The notes beneath the pieces are model-generated. The model did no database searches. It was not told where the DNA came from and saw nothing but the letters and a program-made list of their open reading frames with translations. From an uncultured virus (IMG/VR IMGVR_UViG_3300031693_000204) (Duplodnaviria > Heunggongvirae > Uroviricota > Caudoviricetes), in the IMG/VR virus record IMGVR_UViG_3300031693_000204: a stretch of 64,000 nucleotides of DNA; one strand, given 5' to 3'. Position numbers and translations under genes: made by a program. This document shows, one piece after another, positions 9,828-17,801 of this stretch (within the stretch, counting starts at the first letter, position 1; every line of letters starts with the position of its first letter).

Positions 9828-11579
9828 ATGGCAGATCAAGATAACACAAACCCTGAAGAACAAATCGAACGTGAAGTTCAAAGGCGGCTCGGCACTCAGA
9901 TGCGAAGGCATCATGCCGAGACCGCTGAACTTCGTGACATCGTTAAAGATTGTCAGAACAAACTTGTTCAACAGCACAGTGTAATTAAAGGACTGACTGC
10001 CGAACCGCTTACCTTCGGTAATCTCATTAAGGTCCATAACGAGCCCGATCCCAGCCTCTTCAAATCTAATGATCAGGTGCTGGTGACAGATGATGAATCT
10101 GAGCATCATCACAAGGGCGGCAGAATCATCAGTGGATTGGATGGAAGTCCAGTTGTTGATGAAGATGGAACTGTGCTTGTCAAATTGAATGATGAGCAAG
10201 AGGTCCGTTTCGCCATTGGCGTCAATGATCGCCCCCAAGTGAGCTTGTCTAAGAAAGAAGATGGCACCTTTGCCGTTGTTCAAATAGACGGCAAAAACTG
10301 GGAAGTTAAAGGTCTTCCCGATGTAGGTCTTGTTGTCGGCGACAATGTTAAAGTCATTGACAAGACAAAGGCTGTAGTTGGCAAAGGCTATGATCTTACA
10401 GCAGGGCCAATTTGTAAGGTCGCCGCAATTACAGAAAAAGGGATTGAAGTTTGGAACAAAGGTGAGAAGTATCTTGTCTACAATCCTAAAGAATTCGAAC
10501 TTGAAGAAAATGATCGAGTTGCTTGCGATCCCAACATGTTCTGTATTCGTGAGAAGCTAGAACGTGATTCACGGGAACGATATCAAGTCAAAGGTGATAT
10601 CAATGTTTCATGGGATGACGTTGGTGGACTTGAAGACGCAAAGAATGAACTTAAAGATGCTCTTGAGCTTCCTTTCCAAGAGACAGAGTTGTTTGAACAT
10701 TACGATGTCGATCCATTAAGAGGAATCCTATTGTATGGTCCTCCGGGATGTGGCAAAACATTACTTGCTCGTATTGCCGCATGGTCGATGGGCAATGTAC
10801 ATGGAAAGGATATAAGAGAAAGTGGATACATCTTCGTTAAAGGACCAGAAATCCTCAGTAAGTGGGTTGGTAACACTGAAGCCGAAATCAGAGAGCTATT
10901 TGAACGTGGCAGACGGCACTATCGTCAACACGGGTATAAGGGCATATTGGCAATTGATGAGGCAGATGCAGTATTGCCACAACGTGGAACTCGTCGCTCT
11001 AGCGATGTATCTGACACCATCGTACCAATGTTTCTGGGAGAAATGGACGGCATAGATTCTGTTCAAACAGAAGAGAATCCAATTGTCATCTTAATGACAA
11101 ACAGGGCAGATATTCTTGATCCGGCTGTGACAAGAGCAGGAAGAATATCAAAACACATTAAGGTGGAGCGGCCAGACGAAATGTGTGCAATTGACATTCT
11201 TGAGATTCACACAAAAGGCGTTCCATTTCAAGATGAAGAAAACAAGATGGCAACATTGGCTATTGCCTCATCTGATCTTTTCTCAAAGGGAAGATTGTTG
11301 TATCGTGTAAACAATGAACATGATTTTACTTTAGGTGATGCTGCGAACGGAGCAATGTTGGAGGCTTTGTCAGAGTCGGCCAAGATGATTGCTCTTCATC
11401 GTGACATCTCTAATGGAACTAAGACTGGTGTTGTAGTTGAAGATTTCCGTAGTGCTATTGTGAAACTTCAAAGACAACAAAAAGGAATCAACCATGCTTT
11501 TGATTTGCAGGACTTTGCCGAGAAACATGGAATTCAAGCCAAGGACATGCAAGTAGATCGTTGCTTTGGAGCATCTTAG
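9828..11579 (+). CDS. AAA+ ATPase, proteasome-associated ARC/Mpa-like
   Basis: N-terminal coiled coil and OB-like region, LELPF, GILLYGPPGCGKT, VKGPEILSKWVG, IDEAD, MTNRADILDPAVTRAGR. Confidence 0.8.
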   Translation: MADQDNTNPEEQIEREVQRRLGTQMRRHHAETAELRDIVKDCQNKLVQQHSVIKGLTAEPLTFGNLIKVHNEPDPSLFKSNDQVLVTDDESEHHHKGGRIISGLDGSPVVDEDGTVLVKLNDEQEVRFAIGVNDRPQVSLSKKEDGTFAVVQIDGKNWEVKGLPDVGLVVGDNVKVIDKTKAVVGKGYDLTAGPICKVAAITEKGIEVWNKGEKYLVYNPKEFELEENDRVACDPNMFCIREKLERDSRERYQVKGDINVSWDDVGGLEDAKNELKDALELPFQETELFEHYDVDPLRGILLYGPPGCGKTLLARIAAWSMGNVHGKDIRESGYIFVKGPEILSKWVGNTEAEIRELFERGRRHYRQHGYKGILAIDEADAVLPQRGTRRSSDVSDTIVPMFLGEMDGIDSVQTEENPIVILMTNRADILDPAVTRAGRISKHIKVERPDEMCAIDILEIHTKGVPFQDEENKMATLAIASSDLFSKGRLLYRVNNEHDFTLGDAANGAMLEALSESAKMIALHRDISNGTKTGVVVEDFRSAIVKLQRQQKGINHAFDLQDFAEKHGIQAKDMQVDRCFGAS

Positions 11580-11629
11580 TACAAATTTTGTGTTCGCATG
11601 AGGTGAACTCTAACTTACAAGGAAGTATA

Positions 11630-12157
11630 ATGTCTGAATTAAAATCAAGTTTTACCCGTGACGATCTTGAAACTCTCATTGAATCTATGGATTTCTGGGA
11701 GTCTATGGGAAATCAAGAATTCCACTTGATGAACATGATCAAAAACGCTCCTATGCCTCCAGATGATCATGAGGCGTTTGATTCTATGAATCAGATTAAG
11801 GAGCATTTCCGAAATCGTGAGAGAGATATTGAAGCCACAAGGCAGACACGGCAAGAGAAGGCCGTGTTCCTGAAGGCTAAACTGATGCTCGTTAGAAGAG
11901 ACTTGAGTATCGATCAGTTGTTTGACATGGCAACAGAAGTAACTCCAGAAGTTCAATCTGCACCAGTTGAGAGGGTTGCACCAGCAGAAGCAGTTGTGGA
12001 AAGTGCAGAAGCAGTTGAAATCAGCGAACTGCCGGTGGTTTCTAAAGTGGAGTCAAATTTGGATAGCAGCTTAGAACAAGCTGAATTTTTCATCAAAGAC
12101 CTTGGTGTGTGGGATCATTATCAAAAATTCCTCGCAGATAAAGCCGCAGAAAAATAA
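11630..12157 (+). CDS. Hypothetical protein
   Basis: AGGA RBS, coding-like ORF. Confidence 0.6.
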   Translation: MSELKSSFTRDDLETLIESMDFWESMGNQEFHLMNMIKNAPMPPDDHEAFDSMNQIKEHFRNRERDIEATRQTRQEKAVFLKAKLMLVRRDLSIDQLFDMATEVTPEVQSAPVERVAPAEAVVESAEAVEISELPVVSKVESNLDSSLEQAEFFIKDLGVWDHYQKFLADKAAEK

Positions 12158-12172
12158 ATTTTGGGTCTTTGC

Positions 12173-12201
12173 TTTACAACCAAAAGTTTCTCACGTATAA
12201 T
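12173..12201 (+). promoter_or_regulatory. sigma70-like promoter
   Basis: TTTACA-N17-TATAAT. Confidence 0.65.
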
Positions 12202-12252
12202 TGGGCATCGAAGGAAACCCAAGGGAAACTCAAATTTTTTGGAGAAAAGCAA

Positions 12253-13143
12253 ATGGCCACGAAGACAGTAGATCGGTTGAAGCGAGCGAAAAAAGTTTCG
12301 GGCAAAAAAGAAGCCAAGGGGAAGAAAGAACTACGAGTTGTGGTTCTTGATTCTTCTCACGAAGAACAAGTTCGCAAAATTTGTACTCTCGGTTACTTGA
12401 CCGATCACATCAAGTCGCCGTTGGACCAAAACAAGAAGGCCGTCCAACAGATTTTCTTCGAGATGTGGACGAAGGAAATGTTTGATGGCAAGTCCAAGCC
12501 AGACAACTTCCGAATCATGTTGCCCAAGTTGGATGGCACCGGCAAGCCTATCACTGGGCTGGACGATGTGAAATGCACATTCCAACTCAAGTTCCGTACC
12601 GCTGGTATTGCCAAGAAGGTGCCGAAGGAAGAGGACTTGCCGGAAGACATGACTTTGCAAGAAGTCTTGATGCAAACCTTGGAATCTGATGCAGTCGGTC
12701 TTTCCGACGAAGATGCCAAGAACTTTGTCGATCAAGAGATTGAAGTCGCTGACAAGTTTGTGTTGGCGGAATCTCTTGATGCTATGCTTGATGCCGCCGA
12801 AGACAGTTTGATGTACGGCATCGGCGACAAGCTTATCACCTATCTCCAAGCCCGAACCGCTGCCAAGAGCGGCAAGGTTCAGCTTCCTGCCTTCACCGAA
12901 GAAGAAGAAGCAGCGGCTTTGGTCACAGAACAAGTGGTTTCCTTGAAAGAGGGAATGCTTGATCGAATCTTCACTTACGCTTCAACTCTGGAACAGTTGC
13001 GCAAGCTGCTTCTCTACTGTGGTGTCACCCTGCAAATTGCAGACTTCGACTTCGGAATGTCGGATGAACCCGCAGCTATGGCTAAGCGTCTTGAAGATGT
13101 CATCTACCAGTACGTTCTAGGGGAAGATGACGACGAAGAGTAA
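12253..13143 (+). CDS. Hypothetical protein
   Basis: GGAG RBS, long ORF, acidic tail. Confidence 0.7.
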   Translation: MATKTVDRLKRAKKVSGKKEAKGKKELRVVVLDSSHEEQVRKICTLGYLTDHIKSPLDQNKKAVQQIFFEMWTKEMFDGKSKPDNFRIMLPKLDGTGKPITGLDDVKCTFQLKFRTAGIAKKVPKEEDLPEDMTLQEVLMQTLESDAVGLSDEDAKNFVDQEIEVADKFVLAESLDAMLDAAEDSLMYGIGDKLITYLQARTAAKSGKVQLPAFTEEEEAAALVTEQVVSLKEGMLDRIFTYASTLEQLRKLLLYCGVTLQIADFDFGMSDEPAAMAKRLEDVIYQYVLGEDDDEE

Positions 13144-13205
13144 CCGATGCAAAAATTGCATTACGGTTTGACTGATCCTTAAACGCTAACTGAGTGAGAA
13201 CCCCA

Positions 13206-13817
13206 ATGAAGAATGAAGAAGATTTTTCGAGAGCCGCATGGATGAGAGCCGCTGTTCTCCGCAATCCGAATATTGATTTGGAAGGATTGCAGAAAGAGTA
13301 TGACAAAGACAAGTCCAATCCCAAAGACAAACGACCGGATGTAGTTCAGGTCATTTATCAGGCTCGCACAGAGTTGTGCAAGCGATGGGGTGTGGCCAGC
13401 ATGGAAGAGTTCCCTCGAAATAAAGAGGGAAAGATCAACACGGCTGGAATGATTCGTTTGCTTCTGGACCAAAAGGGAATCGAATCTGTCTACAAGAAGG
13501 CACTTGCTTTCTTCGAGAAAGACGGACTGACGATGACCTCTGGGGTCTACTCGAATCAGAAGTCGGTCTACACAAAGAAGCAGACGGATGCTCCTTTGGA
13601 ATCGTCCTCTGACTCGCCGGATGTCAATCAGAACAACGGTCCTCGTGCTGGAAAGCCACGGCGACAGTACAAGAAGCGTGCGGTGAAGCCGACAACTGAT
13701 GGAGTCGATTTCTCGGCACTGCTTGTCTTGAAGAACTGTGTGACCAAGCTGGGCGGATACGACAATGCTCGCCAAGCACTGAAAACTTTGGAGCAACTCC
13801 AAGAGCTTCAAAACTAA
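13206..13817 (+). CDS. Hypothetical basic protein, possibly DNA-binding
   Basis: Long ORF with K/R-rich segment. Confidence 0.6.
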   Translation: MKNEEDFSRAAWMRAAVLRNPNIDLEGLQKEYDKDKSNPKDKRPDVVQVIYQARTELCKRWGVASMEEFPRNKEGKINTAGMIRLLLDQKGIESVYKKALAFFEKDGLTMTSGVYSNQKSVYTKKQTDAPLESSSDSPDVNQNNGPRAGKPRRQYKKRAVKPTTDGVDFSALLVLKNCVTKLGGYDNARQALKTLEQLQELQN

Positions 13818-13908
13818 GACAGCCCAATTCCCTTGGGTTTGCCGTTGTGGGTCAGAAATGGCCCATAACGGCATTTTATGTAATTCACATCAAAACAGGA
13901 GGTGCCTT

Positions 13909-14547
13909 GTGACTGACATTAAGGTTATTGAAACAACACGTGTTGCCGGGTCAAAACATTTGACGTTGTGGCAAAAAATTGTTTCAAGAAATGGAAATAA
14001 GTTTCCGTATTTTATGGCATGTCGTGGAGAGCAACCACCTCCACCACATGCAGAGAAGAAGCCAGACGCCGTTGTGATCGTAGCGTTCTGGGATCATGGT
14101 GGAGAGCGAAGGCTTATCATCACCAGTGAATACCGAATCCCCGTTGGCACAAGAGAAATGGGATTCCCCGCTGGATTGATCGATGACAAGGATTACGAAG
14201 ACGGCGACGGATATGAAGACGCTGCTCGTAAGGCCGCTATCCGTGAGCTAAAAGAAGAGACTGGATTTGACTTTACTCCGATTGAAGTCAGCCCCAACAA
14301 TCTCTATTCTTCTCCCGGCATGACCAACGAGTCTGTTGTGTTCGTGTTTGGGATAGCCACCGAAAGCAAAAATGCTCCAGCCCCAGAAGAGTTGGAAGAC
14401 ATTGAAGTCACATCTGTTTCACATGGCGAACTACAAAATTTGTTGAGCTTGCCAGAAGATGAGCGTGACTTTGCTTTTGGAAAAACCTCATATCCTTTCA
14501 TGTGGTCGTTCTGTTACGCCGGATTTCCCCAGCACATTAAGGTGTGA
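13909..14547 (+). CDS. Nudix hydrolase, ADP-ribose pyrophosphatase-like
   Basis: EYRIPVG, FPAGLID...AAIRELKEETG Nudix box, YSSPGMTNE; GGAGG RBS before GTG. Confidence 0.85.
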   Translation: MTDIKVIETTRVAGSKHLTLWQKIVSRNGNKFPYFMACRGEQPPPPHAEKKPDAVVIVAFWDHGGERRLIITSEYRIPVGTREMGFPAGLIDDKDYEDGDGYEDAARKAAIRELKEETGFDFTPIEVSPNNLYSSPGMTNESVVFVFGIATESKNAPAPEELEDIEVTSVSHGELQNLLSLPEDERDFAFGKTSYPFMWSFCYAGFPQHIKV

Positions 14548-14548
14548 A

Positions 14549-15565
14549 ATGGAATACCATCACTATCAAACAATGCTTGACGAATTTGTTAAAGAGGACA
14601 AATCTCGTCGTAAGCTGCATCCAATGAAATTGTTTGAGCAAGAGATGGAAAACTTAAAGGCGTACTCTTTTCGGGAGGAAACTACCCGAACGAAAAGGAT
14701 ACTGCGTCTTAGTTGTGAATATGGATGGCAAACTGAAGGTCGTCCATATTACAACATTCATCCTCAGATGGTTCGTGCCTTAATGAAAACGAATCTCGAT
14801 AAAATACCAGCAAGTATGATCGAGATTCCTGATTTTCGTGGTTTGTGTTTTCGGTTTGCTGAGCCGGTGCCAACTCGTGTGGTAGATAACACTGGATTCC
14901 ATGCGGTTTCCGATGAGACATTGACTGATCTTCCAATTTGCGCAAGGTCTGTGTTGTTCTCCAAATTCTCTTCTGAGGAATCAGACTCATTTATAATTTC
15001 AATTGACGAAGGATTTCGAGTTGAAGGAAAAGGATGCACTAGGATGTTGGCCAATGTGTATGTTTTAGAAGTGAAAAATGAAGAAACAATACCAGAAGCA
15101 CTGAGCAGATTGATTGGTGATTCTGAAAGCACCCAGTCGTTAATGATGCGACTTCAAAGAGAACAACTTGAGAATTTGTTTCGAGTCATAATAGCAACTG
15201 GGTTCTTGGCAAACACGCCGGAAGATAATTTGGTAACACAAGATATTCTTTCAAAGGATTTGCCAAAGTACACTGAGGCAATCAAAAACAATGATGTAGA
15301 TTCCATCAAGGTGATTGAGGATCGTGCCAGAAGACGAAAAGGATTAGGATGGAATGTCGGCACGTCTGAGATGATTCTTGGAGAAGTGGGGCGACTCAGT
15401 GATTCAAGAGGTGGCACTGGTGATGGCAATGAGCTATCATACTCTCACCTTAGAGGTGGTCATCCTCATGTTGTGAGGTATGGGCCGGGAAAAACGAAAG
15501 CAAAACTCAAATGGTTCAGGCCGACACGGGTTAGGCCAGACCTTCCATTCAAAGAGTCAACATGA
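14549..15565 (+). CDS. Hypothetical phage protein
   Basis: Long ORF, C-terminal HLRGGHPH...YGPGK...W motif. Confidence 0.65.
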   Translation: MEYHHYQTMLDEFVKEDKSRRKLHPMKLFEQEMENLKAYSFREETTRTKRILRLSCEYGWQTEGRPYYNIHPQMVRALMKTNLDKIPASMIEIPDFRGLCFRFAEPVPTRVVDNTGFHAVSDETLTDLPICARSVLFSKFSSEESDSFIISIDEGFRVEGKGCTRMLANVYVLEVKNEETIPEALSRLIGDSESTQSLMMRLQREQLENLFRVIIATGFLANTPEDNLVTQDILSKDLPKYTEAIKNNDVDSIKVIEDRARRRKGLGWNVGTSEMILGEVGRLSDSRGGTGDGNELSYSHLRGGHPHVVRYGPGKTKAKLKWFRPTRVRPDLPFKEST

Positions 15566-15577
15566 ATCAGTGAACAA

Positions 15578-15652
15578 GGGGGCGTAAGCTTAGCTGGCCT
15601 AAAGCTATAGACTCTAAATCTGTGATCGTGGGTTCGAATCCCACCGCCCCTG
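15578..15652 (+). tRNA. Amber suppressor tRNA (anticodon CUA)
   Basis: Acceptor GGGGGCG/CGCCCCT-G, anticodon arm ATAGA-CT-CTA-AA-TCTGT, T-arm GTGGG-TTCGAAT-CCCAC. Confidence 0.8.
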
Positions 15653-15756
15653 CTTAAAATGACTCTTTCTTGCTCTAATATCTAGCATCCCGCCTTTACA
15701 TAAATCTGGGCTTCCCATGACTGAGTATTCCAAATTTTTTTTGTCCAAAAGTTCTG

Positions 15757-15793
15757 GATATTGGTTGTACAACCAATATCAAAACTGTACAAT
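15757..15793 (+). promoter_or_regulatory. 24-bp perfect palindrome overlapping a sigma70-like promoter
   Basis: GATATTGGTTGT|ACAACCAATATC (15757-15780); TTGTAC-N17-TACAAT (15765-15793). Confidence 0.65.
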
Positions 15794-15837
15794 GACGTTG
15801 AAGTTACTACACAACCCTCAATAGGAGAATCCTAGAA

Positions 15838-16233
15838 ATGGCCAAGAACACGAGGAATGTTGAAGCGGCGGAAACTGCAAACCGTAACGGATGGAAGATT
15901 GGCAAACCGCCAAAACTTCGTGTTGTTCCTGCTGCTCCAAAGGAGCGTGAGAGTGCTCCCAAGTGGTCGAAGTCAGAACGGCAATACTTCACCGATCTTC
16001 ACAGGATCGTGGACGAGGTTTATTCTCTGGCCGCTGACAAGTACGGTTGGACGTGGAGTCAATTGGCCGTCAATGCTGAACTCTGTTACTCAACAGTCGG
16101 CAAGCTGGGCGACCGAGAAACACGCTGGCCTCGATTCAGCACCGTCTACAAACTTTGCAAATCTGTTGGCATCGATCTTGTTATGGCGCAACCGAAGCAA
16201 ACCAAAAAACCAGCCGCACTCAAAGTCGGCTGA
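15838..16233 (+). CDS. XRE/Cro-like HTH protein
   Basis: WTWSQLAVNAELCYSTVGKL...PRFSTVYKLCKSVG. Confidence 0.7.
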   Translation: MAKNTRNVEAAETANRNGWKIGKPPKLRVVPAAPKERESAPKWSKSERQYFTDLHRIVDEVYSLAADKYGWTWSQLAVNAELCYSTVGKLGDRETRWPRFSTVYKLCKSVGIDLVMAQPKQTKKPAALKVG

Positions 16234-16279
16234 TTGTGAGAGACAGAGAGAGGAGAGAATTTACAAGAACGGATAGTCT

Positions 16280-16540
16280 GTGGATGGAAATGTTTTAATT
16301 ATGTATCGAATCGAAGTGGGCACGTCTGGCTTCAATGTTTATGATGAGCGAGAAGTTCTGGTTAAGACCGGGAATCTTAAGGAAGTAGAAGATTTTCTTG
16401 ATCATCAAGAGAACATGGACAGACTAAGAAAAAAGAAAGAAGACAAACAGAAGAAGAAAAGGGACAGGGAAAAGGGACGTGATCCCAAAAAGCCGTTCTT
16501 GGGGTTATTTCGCCGCAAGAGTTATTTGATGTCAGCTTGA
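16280..16540 (+). CDS. Hypothetical protein
   Basis: 86 aa ORF. Confidence 0.45.
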   Translation: MDGNVLIMYRIEVGTSGFNVYDEREVLVKTGNLKEVEDFLDHQENMDRLRKKKEDKQKKKRDREKGRDPKKPFLGLFRRKSYLMSA

Positions 16541-16551
16541 AGGAAATAGTG

Positions 16552-16710
16552 ATGAAGGAACGCACACAAGAAGAAATCAATCAACAGACTGACAAAGCCG
16601 CTGAAACTGAGGATAATTCAAAATATCCCGGCATGTCATACGAAGCTGGTGTTCGTGCGGCACTGGATTGGGTGACAGGTCAATCTGAAGAACAGCCAAT
16701 GGAAGAATAG
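16552..16710 (+). CDS. Small hypothetical protein (not in ORF track)
   Basis: MKERTQEEIN...KYPGMSYEAGVRAALDWVTG...EE*, AGGA RBS. Confidence 0.55.
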   Translation: MKERTQEEINQQTDKAAETEDNSKYPGMSYEAGVRAALDWVTGQSEEQPMEE

Positions 16711-16720
16711 GAAAATTCAA

Positions 16721-17017
16721 ATGGAGTTGACTAATTGTACTGCAATTTTATTGGGGGTTTTAGGCACCCCGATAGTCATTGGTCTTTATGTTTTCGCACT
16801 CACTGGTGGTGGACGACTTAAATTGTCTGAACTCAGACAGAGGGTTGTCATGTCGTTTATAACGATTGCCTTTGTTGCCATTATTGGCACCGGAGGCTCT
16901 CAAGTGAAGTTGAAGGACTGCGGCGAAGAGGATTCCATAACTCGTGCGCTCGACAAGATGGATGTCGATCCGAAGATGCTCGCTGTAATTTCTCAATGTG
17001 ATTGTTGTGGAGAATGA
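16721..17017 (+). CDS. Small membrane protein
   Basis: Two hydrophobic segments. Confidence 0.55.
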   Translation: MELTNCTAILLGVLGTPIVIGLYVFALTGGGRLKLSELRQRVVMSFITIAFVAIIGTGGSQVKLKDCGEEDSITRALDKMDVDPKMLAVISQCDCCGE

Positions 17018-17352
17018 GTAGTTTTAGCTTATCTTCCATTTCTGTACCAAAAAAAGTTTCGTCCTGCAAAGGAAGATTCTTTAGATGTGTAATCAACAAC
17101 TACCTTGGCAGTGATGGAGGATACACTGAGCAAGTAAGGATGAAGCCTCTTAAAAGAATGTCTTGCAAGGGGTGTGAGGATTGCGATCACATTGATGTTG
17201 GGGCGCAAGAGTGTATGGACAACGATTGCCCCTTGGTTATTGAGAATCCAGTTCATGGAGGCACTTACCGTTTGGATATAGGGAATATGCAAACGGATTG
17301 GGAAACTGGATATGTCGATGAGTGGGACTACATTTTTACGAAACAGGATTGA
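17014..17352 (+). CDS. Hypothetical Cys-rich protein
   Basis: SCKGCEDC, DWETGYVDEWD; ATGA overlap with previous gene. Confidence 0.55.
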   Translation: MSSFSLSSISVPKKVSSCKGRFFRCVINNYLGSDGGYTEQVRMKPLKRMSCKGCEDCDHIDVGAQECMDNDCPLVIENPVHGGTYRLDIGNMQTDWETGYVDEWDYIFTKQD

Positions 17353-17377
17353 CTTTTGGCACGGCGGTTGCTACTAT
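17349..17377 (+). promoter_or_regulatory. sigma70-like promoter
   Basis: TTGACT-N17-TACTAT upstream of the PTH2-like gene. Confidence 0.55.
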
Positions 17378-17429
17378 ACTCATACAGAAGACGTTTAACT
17401 GTCATTTTGACACCTTTAGGAGAAGAACG

Positions 17430-17801
17430 ATGCCACACACGTAGAACTGCAACAAAAATTATGTCTACATCTTTGTAAGGGAAGACCTTACAACTCCCCA
17501 ACAGGCAGTGCAAACAGCGCACGCCGCATGGGAATCCGCCATAACATTCAATGGTGGAGACTTGCCAGACCATCCACATCTTGTGCTTCTGGCAGCTAAG
17601 AACGAATCCAAGCTCCATCGTGTGACAAAACACCTTGTTGAGCACGGAATCAAATTCGTTCACTTCTATGAGTCCGATCTGGACGACCAGCTTACGGCCA
17701 TTGCTACGCAACCCATCGCAGAGAATAGCGATCTCCGTGCGTACCTTCGTAAGTACCAATGCCTTAAAGACAGGCAGGAACCAGTCTATCAGTGTGGATA
17801 G
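17430..17801 (+). CDS. Peptidyl-tRNA hydrolase PTH2-like protein with in-frame TAG at codon 5 (17442-17444)
   Basis: AGGAGA RBS 6 nt before ATG; MPHT*NCNKNYVYIFVREDLTTPQQAVQTAHAA...ESDLDDQLTAIATQP resembles PTH2 motifs. Confidence 0.7.
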
